Part shown: positions 47,711 through 59,279 of the stretch, piece after piece | Layout: the number at the start of each line of letters is the position of its first letter | Position numbering within the stretch: the stretch's first letter is position 1 | Assembly (NCBI GenBank): GCA_039621445.1 | Contig: CP154954.1 | Coordinates: 13,200,716-13,264,715, forward strand | From: Euglena gracilis | Taxonomy: Eukaryota | DNA length: 64,000 bases | Direction of reading: 5' to 3' | Notes under the pieces: model-generated | The model's input: the letters and a program-made list of their open reading frames with translations, nothing else | Told to the model about the DNA's origin: nothing | Databases searched by the model: none | Program-made: the position numbers and the translations under genes

Positions 47711-47929
47711 GGCTGCCCGCCCAAATCTGCAGCAAGCCTCCTCCCGTGGCACCTGAGTCTTTGTGTTTTGTCTTTGTCTGTTTCGTGCTTTCTGGTCTGA
47801 ACCCCTGGCTCCCTTACCTCCCTCCGTTCGCTGTTTCTGCTGCGGTAATGGCTCCTTTCTGTCCCCCTGTTCGGTTTGTTTTCTCAAAGAGTCGCCCCTC
47901 TCGTCCCCTCCCTCCATACCGCAGCTGCT

Positions 47930-50900
47930 TCACTTCTGCCCCTGGGCAGCAACCTGCTGTCCAGTCTGTGGTGGTGCTGTTTTCTGTGTCCACCGCGGTG
48001 GCTGTGGACACTCCCGTTTGAAATGTCCCGGCTGTTCACAGTTGTAACACCGTCCGTCATCTGGAGGTGGCCCGTACCTGGGCTGTCCGGCTGTCCCGGA
48101 GTTCTGTGTCGACTGCCAGGACGGTTGTCCTTTTCCTGAATTTCCCTTCCCGCTCCCCTTCCCAGACCCTTTTCCCTTGCCTTGGTCAGGATGCGAACCC
48201 TGTCCCTTGCCTTTTCCTTTCCCCTTGCTGTAATCCACAGTGGTCCAGCCTGCCCAGCTTTGGCCCTGATTTTGACTCTGTCCCTGATTGTAGGGGGCTG
48301 GGGGCTGGGGTTGTGGGGCACCCGAAGGCTGCCTTTCATTTTCCGGAGTCGGTGGTCTGGGTTTTCGGGAATTGGAACGGGACCGGGCAGGTGGGGGCGT
48401 TTTGCTTCTGGGTCGAGAAGAATTGTTTTCTTTCACCTCCCGGACATACCCCCTTTTGTCACTGGATCTTGATCGATGTTCCCGTGGCTGGTTCTGCCAC
48501 CCCCCGAAATTTTTTCCGAACGTGTCAGATTGTTCCTGACATCTCAGTTCTGTTTCCACCTTTACAAACATCTCCTCCAGGGACAGCTTTGTTTGTACCA
48601 CTGTGAATCTGGGTTGGTGTCCTGAGGCCAGGGCTGTGCCGTTCTTCATCATCAGCAGCTGGGACGCCCTGCTGCCGTTCAGGCTGATGATGAAATCAGT
48701 TCCGTCGGTTGTCACGAGGAACCTTTCGTCAGCCCCAAGTGTGGCTGCCACCAGTCTTGTTACGTCTTCCCTGGTTGCGTCTGAGACCCCAGGTACGTTT
48801 GTCAGCCCCTTCCATTTCAGAGTGGGTCTGTCTTGGTTACTCCTGTCTTGTTCACGAATGCAGTTTCTGCGCATCATTTCGGGCATCCGTTCAGCGACCA
48901 ATGCATACGCATCGTCTGTGGAGGGGTGTTCCAACCGACTGTAGAGCAGTTTGAAGCGTGCTTCAAACTCACTCCATGCCCCCAGAGTCAGTTTTCCATC
49001 GTACCTGGGTTTCAGGTTTTTCAGCTCCTCCTTTATTGCCAGCTGGGTGTCCCCTTCGTACTTTTGGCAGAGCCAATTCCAAAATTCCTGATACCTGATT
49101 TTTTCCCCCCGTTCTTGTCGTCGCTGGAGCTCCAGCCGGCCCGTCTCGTCTAGGCTTCCCTCCAAAATTGTTAGTTTCATGTCATCTGTGAGGGGTCCCT
49201 GTCCAGCTGACAATCGCTTCAGGTAGATGGGAAATTTCACAGAAAAATCTGCAAAATTTCCTTGGAGGAGCGATCTGACCAGGTCTTTTGTCATGGCTGC
49301 ACCCACTGGTCCCATCATCAGCCCAATGGAGGGGGCAGCCTGTGCTGCCACTGGGGCGACAACCGTTTCTGCCACCACATGAAAAATGGGTGTGTATGTG
49401 CTGCCGAATTGGGGACCTGCTGTGTTTTGTGGCCCTGGGTTTTCTTCTGTCACCCATGTGAACAGATCCCGCGTTCGTGGCTGTGAGATCTGGCTGGGAC
49501 CTGTGTTTTCCCGTTGCTGACCCTGCTGTTGCATCATGTTTTTGATTTCCAACAGTTCCCTCTCCAGTCGCTGCTGGTGTTCCAGCATTGGGTCTGTCGG
49601 TTTCGGTCGAGGTTGAAAAGGTTGGGCGTCGGCTGAAAGTTCAAACACAGGTTGGGGTTTGGGGGGTTGGGTCTTTGACACGGGGGAGTCCTGTCGGATT
49701 GAAAGTTTTTTAAATTCTTCTTGTACCGTTTGCACCATTAGGGTTTTTAGGTCAGGGAGGTCCCAACCCACACCTGGCACAGGTTCTCGGGGTCCTCGGG
49801 TCCCCTCCCGGAGCTGTCCTGGGGGTCCTCGGGTCCCCTCCCTGGGCTGTGTTAGGGGGCTTTGGGGCCCCCAGCCCCCCGTTGGGGTCACTGGCTGTGG
49901 GGCCGAGGCTGCTGGCTGTGGGGCTGGGGCCGCTGGCTGGGGTCCCCCCAACCCCATCAGTTCTGCCCAAGCCTCCGGCTGGGGCCCAGATGCCAGCCCC
50001 TGCCCCGTGATGGCTGTGGCTGGGCCTGGGCTTCGCTGCCTTGCTGCAGCAGTTGGCTGGGGTTCTTGGGTTTGCCCCTTCCCGCTTGGCGGTTCTGTTG
50101 TCCGTCTGGACAACTGCCCCACTGGCCCAGGGGCTGGGGTTTCTGGGGTTTTCCCCATCCCCTGTTGCCGCCGGTCGCTGAGAGAGCTAGAGGCTGCTGA
50201 GAAAGAATAAGATTGAGATTTTTCAAAACTTTCTTTTGTCTTTTGTGTCAGTTCAGTCAATTCATTTAAGCTTTTTTCGGTGGCCTCCCATTTCGTTTGC
50301 CACAGTTGGTTCTGACTGTGGAACTCGGCAGTCAGCGATCTACACTGCTGCTGCCAAATTCCAGAGTCTTGCGCTTCTTTCAGTGTTGTTCGTGTAGTGA
50401 GGTCTGTCAGCTGTGCCTCCAACCGTCCCACCTTGTTTACCATCTGTCCCAGTGTGGATGACATGTCGATCAACCTGGCCTGGTCACTGGCTTCCTGCGA
50501 CCCAGTCTTGAAAACCCCCTTTTGCAATTCGCCCAGTACCCTCCTGAATGTCTGGGCCGATTCCTCCACCTTGTGTCCCAGCCCGGTCATTTCCTGGTTC
50601 AGGCGGTCAAATCTTCTTTTGTTGTCGTCGTTTGAGGCCAGGGTGTCCAGACGTCTGGTCAAAATGGCCATTTCCTGTGAAAGCTTAGTCATCCGCTGTT
50701 CCAATGTTTGATCCTGTTGTCCCTCCGACAGTTGTTCCACCCTTGCGTTCAGCCCTTTCATTGCCTTGGTAAAATGTTCTTGTGTTTGTTGAACCCTGTG
50801 GTTCAGTTCCTTCAGCGTCTCGTCACAGTTGCCTGCCAGTGTCCCTACCTGGCGTTCTGTCTCTGCCTCCCGTGATTTCACCTCCCGTTGACTTTCAGCC

Positions 50901-51391
50901 AACCCAGCCATTGTCTGTTCGACCCGCTGCATCCGCATCTGCAATTCTTGAAGCACCTGCTCGTTTTGTTTCTGCTGGCCGAGTAATCCTATGAGGTGTT
51001 GCCCCTGGGTCTGTGTGCTTCCCCCTGCCACTTGCAGCAAACCCTGGAACCAGTTAGTTTTTTCGTCCAGCAGCCCAGCCATCACCTTCAGGTCCCGAAT
51101 CTGTTGTCCCAGCTTCTCAAAGTGTCCCTGGTACAGTCTGTTTTGATTCGTCACCATCCCCTCCAAGTTTTCAGTTACCGTGGCCAGGTTTGTGGACAGC
51201 TCTTCATATCCGCCGTCTGTTCGCCACACCAACCCTTCTGTCCGTTCCCCCTGTGTAATCAGCTGCTGTTCCAAGCGTGTAAACTGTAGTTCTGTGCTGT
51301 TTTGAAGTCGTTGTATCACCTCTGTGGTTTTCTGGTTCACAAACTCAGTGGCTCGCCTGAAAGTTTGCAATTCCTGCTGGAATTCCGTCAT
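47930..51391 (-). CDS. gag: Gag of element M (1153 aa; N-terminal coiled coil, Pro/Gln linker, capsid-like region, GKG repeats, CCHC knuckle)
   Basis: CYNCEQPGHFKREC near the C-terminus; lies between PBS and pol. Confidence 0.88.
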   Translation of the reverse strand: MTEFQQELQTFRRATEFVNQKTTEVIQRLQNSTELQFTRLEQQLITQGERTEGLVWRTDGGYEELSTNLATVTENLEGMVTNQNRLYQGHFEKLGQQIRDLKVMAGLLDEKTNWFQGLLQVAGGSTQTQGQHLIGLLGQQKQNEQVLQELQMRMQRVEQTMAGLAESQREVKSREAETERQVGTLAGNCDETLKELNHRVQQTQEHFTKAMKGLNARVEQLSEGQQDQTLEQRMTKLSQEMAILTRRLDTLASNDDNKRRFDRLNQEMTGLGHKVEESAQTFRRVLGELQKGVFKTGSQEASDQARLIDMSSTLGQMVNKVGRLEAQLTDLTTRTTLKEAQDSGIWQQQCRSLTAEFHSQNQLWQTKWEATEKSLNELTELTQKTKESFEKSQSYSFSAASSSLSDRRQQGMGKTPETPAPGPVGQLSRRTTEPPSGKGQTQEPQPTAAARQRSPGPATAITGQGLASGPQPEAWAELMGLGGPQPAAPAPQPAASAPQPVTPTGGWGPQSPLTQPREGTRGPPGQLREGTRGPREPVPGVGWDLPDLKTLMVQTVQEEFKKLSIRQDSPVSKTQPPKPQPVFELSADAQPFQPRPKPTDPMLEHQQRLERELLEIKNMMQQQGQQRENTGPSQISQPRTRDLFTWVTEENPGPQNTAGPQFGSTYTPIFHVVAETVVAPVAAQAAPSIGLMMGPVGAAMTKDLVRSLLQGNFADFSVKFPIYLKRLSAGQGPLTDDMKLTILEGSLDETGRLELQRRQERGEKIRYQEFWNWLCQKYEGDTQLAIKEELKNLKPRYDGKLTLGAWSEFEARFKLLYSRLEHPSTDDAYALVAERMPEMMRRNCIREQDRSNQDRPTLKWKGLTNVPGVSDATREDVTRLVAATLGADERFLVTTDGTDFIISLNGSRASQLLMMKNGTALASGHQPRFTVVQTKLSLEEMFVKVETELRCQEQSDTFGKNFGGWQNQPREHRSRSSDKRGYVREVKENNSSRPRSKTPPPARSRSNSRKPRPPTPENERQPSGAPQPQPPAPYNQGQSQNQGQSWAGWTTVDYSKGKGKGKGQGSHPDQGKGKGSGKGSGKGNSGKGQPSWQSTQNSGTAGQPRYGPPPDDGRCYNCEQPGHFKRECPQPPRWTQKTAPPQTGQQVAAQGQK

Positions 51392-51852
51392 GTTCTGTAC
51401 GAAACTGGACCACCAGTTTGTGTCGGCGAACCAGTCGTAATGTTCTGGTCCGCCTCAGATTCCTCCACCCCTGCACCGTTGACCTGGAAGTGGTCTTCGT
51501 TCGGGCTCTGTCTTGCCGCTTCCAGGCTCAACAGTTGGTTCTGAGTGTCTGTGCTGGGTTCTGGGTGGAATGTGAGCTGCAGTGGCTGTGTTTCCTGGTA
51601 GATGTCTCCCAGTTCGTCGTCTTCGGCGTCCGTGAACTGTGTCGTCCCTGTATCCTCCTGAGTCCTGGGGTTCTGTTCCCCATCTTGTTCCATTTGAACC
51701 ATCGCAATTGTCACCTGCGACAATTGTGCATTGTCAACGTCGCACCCCAGGGTCCTGGCCATGTCTGTGGTCGTTTCTGTGTCGTATTCCCATTGTTCAG
51801 GTTCCTGGTTCCATTGCAAGTTTTCTGGGGCGGTCATTGTTAATTCTGTCAT
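51388..51852 (-). CDS. Acidic upstream ORF (~154 aa) or frameshifted Gag N-terminus; its stop overlaps the gag start (ATGA)
   Basis: Open frame MTELTMTAP...PVSYRT*; no motif recognised. Confidence 0.4.
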   Translation of the reverse strand: MTELTMTAPENLQWNQEPEQWEYDTETTTDMARTLGCDVDNAQLSQVTIAMVQMEQDGEQNPRTQEDTGTTQFTDAEDDELGDIYQETQPLQLTFHPEPSTDTQNQLLSLEAARQSPNEDHFQVNGAGVEESEADQNITTGSPTQTGGPVSYRT

Positions 51853-52003
51853 TGTGATTCCTGTTGCTGGGGCATTGAAATGGACATCTGTCCTTGAACC
51901 AGCCGACCTAGCGACGGCTGATGAGACAGATTCCTGTGGTTCTGTGGTATTTTCCTGTTGTTCAGTCCAGCCGCCTTCGGGGGAACTGAAAATGGGCAAA
52001 AAC

Positions 52004-52015
52004 CCTCTGCTACCA
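52004..52015 (-). promoter_or_regulatory. Primer-binding site TGGTAGCAGAGG (initiator tRNA-Met type)
   Basis: Lies 2 nt inside the 5' LTR CA end. Confidence 0.88.
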
Positions 52016-52017
52016 TT

Positions 52018-52720
52018 TGTAAGGGATAACCCCCTTTGCTGCTCCGCTTGTTCCAGGTCCGTGGGGTTTCCCTGTCCCCGCGTATGATCGATTACCCTGC
52101 CCAGTTGAATTTCAATTCCCCGCGCGGCCTTTGTTAAAAATTGTTTCATTTTCTTGTGTTAAAAGACCTTTTTCCTTTTTGGGGTTGGTGTGGGGTGGGT
52201 CCTTGGGGGGGTCACAAATCGGGCATAAAACACCTGTAGGTCTTGCTCAAAGCAGCGAAATGCTTTCAAATTGGTGGTCGTGGTCAGTGAAGGTCTTCGG
52301 TGCCGGCGAACTGGCGCTTCTTAGGCACACCAGCAGCAACAACTCCTGCTTCAGACTTCACTTCAGATCACAGGACCAATGCTTGAACAGATAATCAACT
52401 TCCACTTCCAATGAAATCTTGACAAACTTGAATTGGCTTGAAACTTGAACCAAATAGGCCAATGGCAAATAGATAATCAGATTGAGCAAGGACAGAGTAG
52501 TGACAGAGCCCTGTGGAACATGTTGTAAAATCGTGGTTAAAATCTGGTCAGAGGTTAAAATTCAGTTAGGAGGGGATTATCCTAATTGTTTCACCATTGA
52601 AACTGTAGGCCCCTGGTTGGGTCAAGTCCCCTGGTTAGTTCTGTGGCGCCTGGGTTAGCTTTTAAGGTTAGCGCCTGAGGTTAGCTAACTTACCCGGGAA
52701 CTCAGCACCCCTGACTCACA
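52018..52720 (-). repeat. 5' LTR of element M
   Basis: Direct repeat of 39589-40293. Confidence 0.95.
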
Positions 52721-55074
52721 ACCGGTGGGTGGGGACGAGGAACTCCCTCAGGAAGGCGAGAACGTGAAGGATATCCTCTACGCTGCTCTACCTGCACTGG
52801 CACAGCCTCGGCCAGACGAAGCACCCACTGAGGATATACCTGTGACTGCAACGCCTGTCCCGACGGCTGAGCCTCAACCCGAGGTGACTGGTATGGTCGT
52901 CGAGGATATCCTCGAAGAACCTACCAGCCCCGCAGCACGCACCTCATTAGGAGGCCGCGTGCTCGGCGCCGTAGTCACCGGCATTACTGCCGTGGCTGCT
53001 GCACTAACGCCACGAGGTGGATGCGTAGCATCAAGCTCCGCCGCTGAGGTCGTGGAGATGCCGGATGTCGGCGTCCCTGCACCCCCATCTCCGGCAGAAG
53101 TGCAACCACCGTTAGGGGATGAACCCCTGCCGACAGAGACATCTGTCGCACCGGCTACAACGGAGGTTCAACCTCCCGTAGCACCTGCGCCAGCGGTTGT
53201 GGAGGATCAACCTCCTCGACCGGATGTCGAAATGGAAGTGAAGGAGATACCCCCACGACCACCGACACCGCGCAGGATCCCTGCCGTCCCGAGGACAATG
53301 GCAGAGTTTATGGGAGTGTCAGCGCCTGTGGAAGCACCGATTCCGGTGACGACCACAGCACCACGCCCCGTCGGGCAGGATGACCCTGCTCGGCGCAGGG
53401 CGGCTGAACAACCCCAGGAACGAGTGCCGACCCCTCGGAGCGTCATGCGCGATCCAGCGGTCATTATGCCTGCTTCGCCCAGACGGCAAACGTCTGCTCC
53501 GGCACCATCGGCTCCTGATACCAGGAGTAAGCTACAGGCGTCGCCTCCTGATTCCGGGAGAGCGAAGCCGAAAGGAGGCAAACCGGGTGCTGTACCCTGT
53601 AAGCCCCCTGCCAAAGGCAGTGATGGGAAACCACCACCGAAAGGTAGCGCTGGAGGTCAGACTGGCGGACAGTCGAAAGGCCCTACGACAATGCACGACT
53701 ATTCGGCCGTTACATCGTCCGGGTACGGCAAGAGCAAACCAAAAGGTAAGGCTCATGGTCGACAGGCCCAATCTTCCGCCGGATCGACGGATGAGGAGCA
53801 GGATGAACCTTCTTCACCTCCCGTGTCTGCGGATGCCCAGCTCTGGACTCAGGAAATCCTGACCAGACTAGGCACCGTGGAAGAGAGGACGAAGAAACTG
53901 GCTGCTATTAGGCACCAGAAAGGGTCACATAATCGATGGATTCAGCCCCTCTTCGTCCGAGGAGAACCTTTCCACTATGTCCCGGAACATACCTGGACAT
54001 TCTGGAACAGGCGCTCACCCAGAGTACTGGCACAGTACTTTGGCGAGGATTGTGTGTTTTATTTCCAGCACGGCACGTCCTTTACCTGGACGTGCACCGT
54101 GTGCCACCATCTGCGGCACTACCAACCGCTTGTGCATGTGTGCAAGCGGCAGGTGCAATCCACGACGTTCCATCACAGGGCATATGTGCCGAACTGTGTG
54201 GCGCTCGTATGTGGCGAGTGCCTGAACGCCTGGAAGCACAGCTTGAACTACTCCTACAGTGAGAATGCTCACGACAGGGATATCCCTGCCTTGTGCATCA
54301 ACTGTACAGGGGCCAAGTTCGTGCAGACTGCTGATGGAGCAGTCACCACCATTGTCCCCCAGCACTTGGAGACACTGGAGAAGTGGAAGAAGGAGTACAA
54401 GCAGGTGGAAGGCCGCCTGAACCACTCCGACTTCCGAAAGGTAGAAAGCTACCGCCACACGAGAATGGCCCGTGAGTTCCAGATCGACGCTGGGGCAATG
54501 CGCCTCGCCGTCGAGGAACACGCCAAGGTAAGAATGCCTTACCTCTGGACCGATGGCGACTGGGAGACACAGGTTTACCCCCTGTTCTCCAAGCGTCAGC
54601 ACGGCGGATACGCCTTGCCACTGTGGCCTCCTGAAGAACACGATTTTAGTGGACTTCAGAGGTTGGTTGGCGGCTGTATTACGGCCCCATACTGCAAGAG
54701 CTCGGACAGCGAAGTGGATGTATGACATCAACTTCAAGCAGACCCCGGGGATGCCCCCGCAGGTGTCTGCGAATCACCCCCGGATGAATTACATCATCTG
54801 GCCGGTGATGCTGCCCAGAATTTTCTGGGAACAGCTCCAACGGTACCTTCAGCACATTGCTGACCGTACCAGGGAGAAGCTGCCGGACAGTTGGATCAAT
54901 GACTTGGAGACCCCATCCTTTGATGTCAAAGATCCGGAGCACAACACCATCCGGAGCGAATAACCTCCGCAGCGTTCCCCACGCCAACTGGAGTTGGTTG
55001 AGGACCCATTAGGGGACCCTCAACACGACTATTGGCGTGAGGTGCGCGAACGCCCACCCGATAAAGGCAGGTGA
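52721..55074 (+). pseudogene. Unknown ORF3, 3' part (frameshift near 54645, TAA at 54961)
   Basis: Collinear with other units. Confidence 0.85.
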
Positions 55075-55179
55075 GGTGGCTGTAAGCGCCAATGCGGCGT
55101 CTTTCAGAAACCTCGTCAGGTATTTGCCTGACACCCTGTTCGGGTATTTGCCCGAACACCCCTTCGAAGACCCTTTGCC

Positions 55180-56186
55180 GTATTCTCCGCTAGTAAGTTC
55201 CCAACGGGATGCTGCCATGTGCAGGATTCCGTGCGCATGCACACCCCTCTCCCCTCTCCCCTCTCGCGGGCGTGCGACACGCAGCGCACAGGGCCGACGG
55301 CCTCTTTTTTTTCTTTCCCTTTTTCTTTTCGGCCGTTTGATGCCATAAGGCTGCCAGACAGCACCACATTTCTGGCCTAAGCCGACCCCCCACTCCTCTC
55401 TACTTTCCCCCCGGGGCAAATGCTGTCCCCGGCAGTTGGTTTTGTAGAATAGGATTTTTCTTTTGCGTGGTCAGGTTTGACTGGCCAGAGGCCCGCTCCT
55501 TCCACACCCTCCCCACGGGTTTTCCTGGAATTCCCATGGACCCAACCCCAAGTACCTTTGGCACACCCAAACTGGGTGGATGGGTTTGCTTGGCATGTAA
55601 ACCTGCCAGCCCCATTTTCCCCAGTGGGCTATAATATTCTATACACCCATAAGCCAGCGCAAAGTAGGTGGAACCATTTTCCGCGTTTTGTGCTTTTTGG
55701 GTCCCCCTCTTTCCGCCCCCCCCCCCTTTTGACCCTGTGCGACGGAAAGGGCCCCTGTGTATGCGCTAGGGTGAACCTCCCACAGACCAGGTCTGTGTCC
55801 GAAATCCCTATGGCCAGAATGCCTGGTCCAAAAGGGAAATCGGGCATAGCCCTGGAAGGGGGATGTGTAACAGGCGTATGCTTCTGTCCACTTCCGTTAA
55901 GGAAGATAGGATGGAAGCAGATCCTATTATGATTTCCTAATGGGTGCCCCTTCTCTCTCCATAGGTGGTTTTCTTATTCTTTTATATTCTTGTTCCTTCC
56001 TTTCCTCCGGACCGGACTTGTATACCCAGTCCGTCCTCCCTGCATTGCTCTGTGCTTTGCTTCTTGGGAAGTGGGAAAAGGGTTTTTTCTGTTGCTCTGA
56101 TTTTCAGTTCCCAAGCAGGTGCGCCAAGGCGAAAGCGAAGGCTTTTTGGGAATTGGGAAAGGGGAATTGGGAATCAGACGTACACT
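55180..56186 (+). mobile_element. Genuine 3' end of a family C element: 3' UTR, PPT (~55854-55863) and 3' LTR (55864-56184/56186)
   Basis: Diverged reverse complement of 9716-10740; ggaagggggA-tgtgtaacagg...atcagacgtacact. Confidence 0.88.
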
Positions 56187-57976
56187 CAAACACAAGGGGC
56201 CAAACTTCACAAACAGAAAGCCAAACACAGAACTCTAGAATTCTGGAAATACGGTTGTTTTTTTTCTTCGTGAAAACATGTCAGCCCCTCGGTGGCTCGG
56301 CAGGCAACTTTCGTAGTTGCACCCCGACCCACCTAGAGAGCCCCGCAAAGGGCCATTCTAAGAATGAGTTTCTTGTGGAGGGTGTGGATAAAAACCCCAT
56401 ACCATATGGTGATTGTGAACAAATTACTCACACACGCGCCGCACCTGGTGGACCGTGCGGCACCGTACGTTGCGATGCTCCCCACCGTTGAACCCCGTTG
56501 CACATTCACCCACCCCCCAAATCTGTTACGTACACGGGATGCGGCGTGTCCTTTTCTGCTGCCCCCCCCCCCACCGTTACTTCCACGGGGTAAGGCGTCG
56601 CATCTTGGGCTGACCCCCCCTAGTTGTTCTAACCAACCGCATACATAATAATTTTATTTGCAATCCAAATTGCTTCTTTGTGTACGGACACCTTATTTTT
56701 TACTTTCTTTTTTTAAACTTTCCCCAAGACTTCACTAAGCAAGGGAGTTTAAACGGGTCCTAACCCAAATATGTGCCAAAATTTGCCTGAGTGGGGCCAA
56801 AAATCATTGAAATTCGATTTTGTTGTTGTCATTTTGAATTTAGCCCGCGGAAGGGATTATGATAGTCATCTTGAAGGCCTGAACACAATTTTTTCCTGGC
56901 AGGGCCGCTTCTTTGAAGCTTTCAACACGGCCGACCACTTTTTCACAGTAGGAGTTGTCATTTTCCCTAATTCACGTAAGAAAGTCCCCACCGGAACACA
57001 ACAAATCCAAAATGCATTAAAAAGTGCATTAAAATGACGAACCCACTCCCAGCCCCGGCAGGAACATGGTCTTCTGACCACTGTCTTTCAGGGTCCGTGT
57101 CCATCACTTTGGGAGATTTGGTTTGGGGAAGTTTATTTTAAGGAAAGGCATGGCCTAAACAGGTCAAAGTGCGACATGTTTCGGTCCGTCGCTTAAAAAA
57201 TCCAGGCAGGGTCTTATTTTTGGGAGTCTTTTTTTTGACCGACTCCCGCCCGAAAAAAGCACCTTTTTACAGGTTTTCAAAGCAGTAAAAAATTTCCTTC
57301 CGCACCCCATTTATTCATTGGTGAAGGTTTGCATTTAGCGTAATTTTTTCACTTTAAAAATTTGAAATTTTTTAAATTTCAATATTTTTTTAAATTTCAA
57401 TATTTTATGTGCGAAATTGGTTTTTTTTGGGTAATTTCTCCGCAGAAACGTTTCGTACTCCCTCGAGGAAAACCGATACAGGAGGAAGGGACACCGAGGG
57501 CGAAGAACAAAGACATCATGAGGCCACGCTTTGCTTCGGCGCTTCAGGGGGTTCTTATTTTGGGTTTTTCGCTCGATCAGCCCGGCGGCTTTTATTGGGG
57601 GGGGGCCTTATTTTTGGGGGGTATGGAGGCCATTTTCAGCCAGTGGGCTTTTCTCAGCCCTGGATACCCAACAGCGACATGTACCTATAATCTATATCTA
57701 TTTGTGACATGTACCGACATGTATCTATGATCTATATCTATTTACTGTGTCCCTTCGGCTTGCGCCGCCCTTCCCAAAGAGTAAAACCCACAGAGAAGCA
57801 ATACAGGGCAACCGGGCGAGAGCAGACTAAACAGACGCACGGACCTAACCTGACTTCTTAGACGGCCTATCGCAACGTTTCCTCGCTGTCTCATACCCTG
57901 ACCGATTCAGGATGAAGCACTGTACGATGGTGCTCTGCAAGACGTTCCTCAAAAATGAAAATAAGATACCCGCTGT

Positions 57977-57989
57977 NNNNNNNNNNNNN
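57977..57989. other. Assembly gap (13 N)
   Basis: Run of n. Confidence 0.99.
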
Positions 57990-59279
57990 TCGACGGATGA
58001 GGAGCAGGATGAACCTGCTTCACCTCCTGTGTCTGCGGATGCCCAGCTCTGGACTCAGGATATCCTGACCAGACTAGGCACCGTGGAAGAGAGGACGAAG
58101 AAACTGGCTGCTATTAGGCACCAGAAAGGGTCACATAATCGATGGATTCAGCCCCTCTTCGTCCGAGGAGACCCTTTCCACTATGTCCCGGAACATACCT
58201 GGACATTCTGGAACAGGCGCTCACCCAGAGTACTGGCACAGTACTTTGGCGAGGATTGTGTGTTGGATTTCCAGCACGGCACGTCATTTGCCTGGACGTG
58301 CACCGTGTGCCACCATCTGCGGCACTACCAACCGCTTGTGCATGTGTGCAAGCGGCAGGTGCAATCCACGACGTTCCATCACAGGGCATATGTGCCGAAC
58401 TGTGTGGCGCTCGTATGTGGCGAGTGCCTGAAAGCCTGGAAGCACAGCTTGAACTACTCCTACAGTGAGAATGCTCACGACAGGGATATCCCTGCCTTGT
58501 GCATCAACTGTACAGGGGCCAAGTTCGTGCAGACTGCTGATGGAGCAGTCACCACCATTGTCCCCCAGCACTTGGAGACACTGGAGAAGTGGAAGAAGGA
58601 GTACAAGCAGGTGGAAGGCCGCCTGAACCACTCCGACTTCCGAAAGGTAGAAAGCTACCGCCACACGGGAATGGCCCGTGAGTTCCAGACAAACGCTGGG
58701 GCAATGCGCCTCGCCGTCAAGGAACACGCCAAGGTAAGAATGCCTTACCTCTGGACCGATGGCGACTGGGAGACACAGGTTTACCCCCTGTTCTCCAAGC
58801 GTCAGCACGGCGGATACGCCTTGCCACTGTGGCCTCCTGAAGAACACAATTTAGTGGACTTCAGAGGTTGGTTGGCGGCTGTATTACGGCCCCATACTGC
58901 AAGAGCTCGGACAGCGAAGTGGATGTATGACATCAACTTCAAGCAGACCCCGGGGATGCCCCCGCAGGTGTCTGCGAATCACCCCCGGATGAATTACATC
59001 ATCTGGCCGGTGATGCTGCCCAGAATTTTCTGGGAACAGCTCCAACGGTACCTTCAGCACATTGCTGACCGTACCAGGGAGAAGCTGCCGGACAGTTGGA
59101 TCAAGGACTGGGAGACCCCATCCTTTGATGTCAAAGATCCGGAGCACAACACCATCCGGAGCGAATCAGCTCCGCAGCGTTCCCCACGCCAACTGGAGTT
59201 GGTTGAGGACCCATTAGGGGACCCTCAACACGACTATTGGCGTGAGGTGCGCGAACGCCCAGCCGATAAAGGCAGGTGA
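57990..59279 (+). pseudogene. Unknown ORF3 C-terminal domain, open frame to ADKGR*; 5' part lost in the gap
   Basis: Near-identical to the other copies. Confidence 0.8.

Larger units (their letters stand above)
39587..52720 (-). mobile_element. Full-length ~13.1-kb chromodomain Ty3/Gypsy LTR retrotransposon (element M) encoding two DNA methyltransferase domains
   Basis: ~705-bp LTRs 39589-40293 and 52018-52720; PBS 52004-52015; PPT ~40294-40304; TSD accg; domain order gag-MTase-MTase-PR-RT-RH-INT-chromo. Confidence 0.95.

Noticed and set aside
56187-57976. Possible host gene or regulatory region before the gap
   Set aside because: Only short ORFs and small local duplications (~57368-57407, ~57676-57743); nothing identifiable.
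57912-59279. 455-aa ORF from the ORF track
   Set aside because: It spans the N gap, so its N-terminus is an artificial join.
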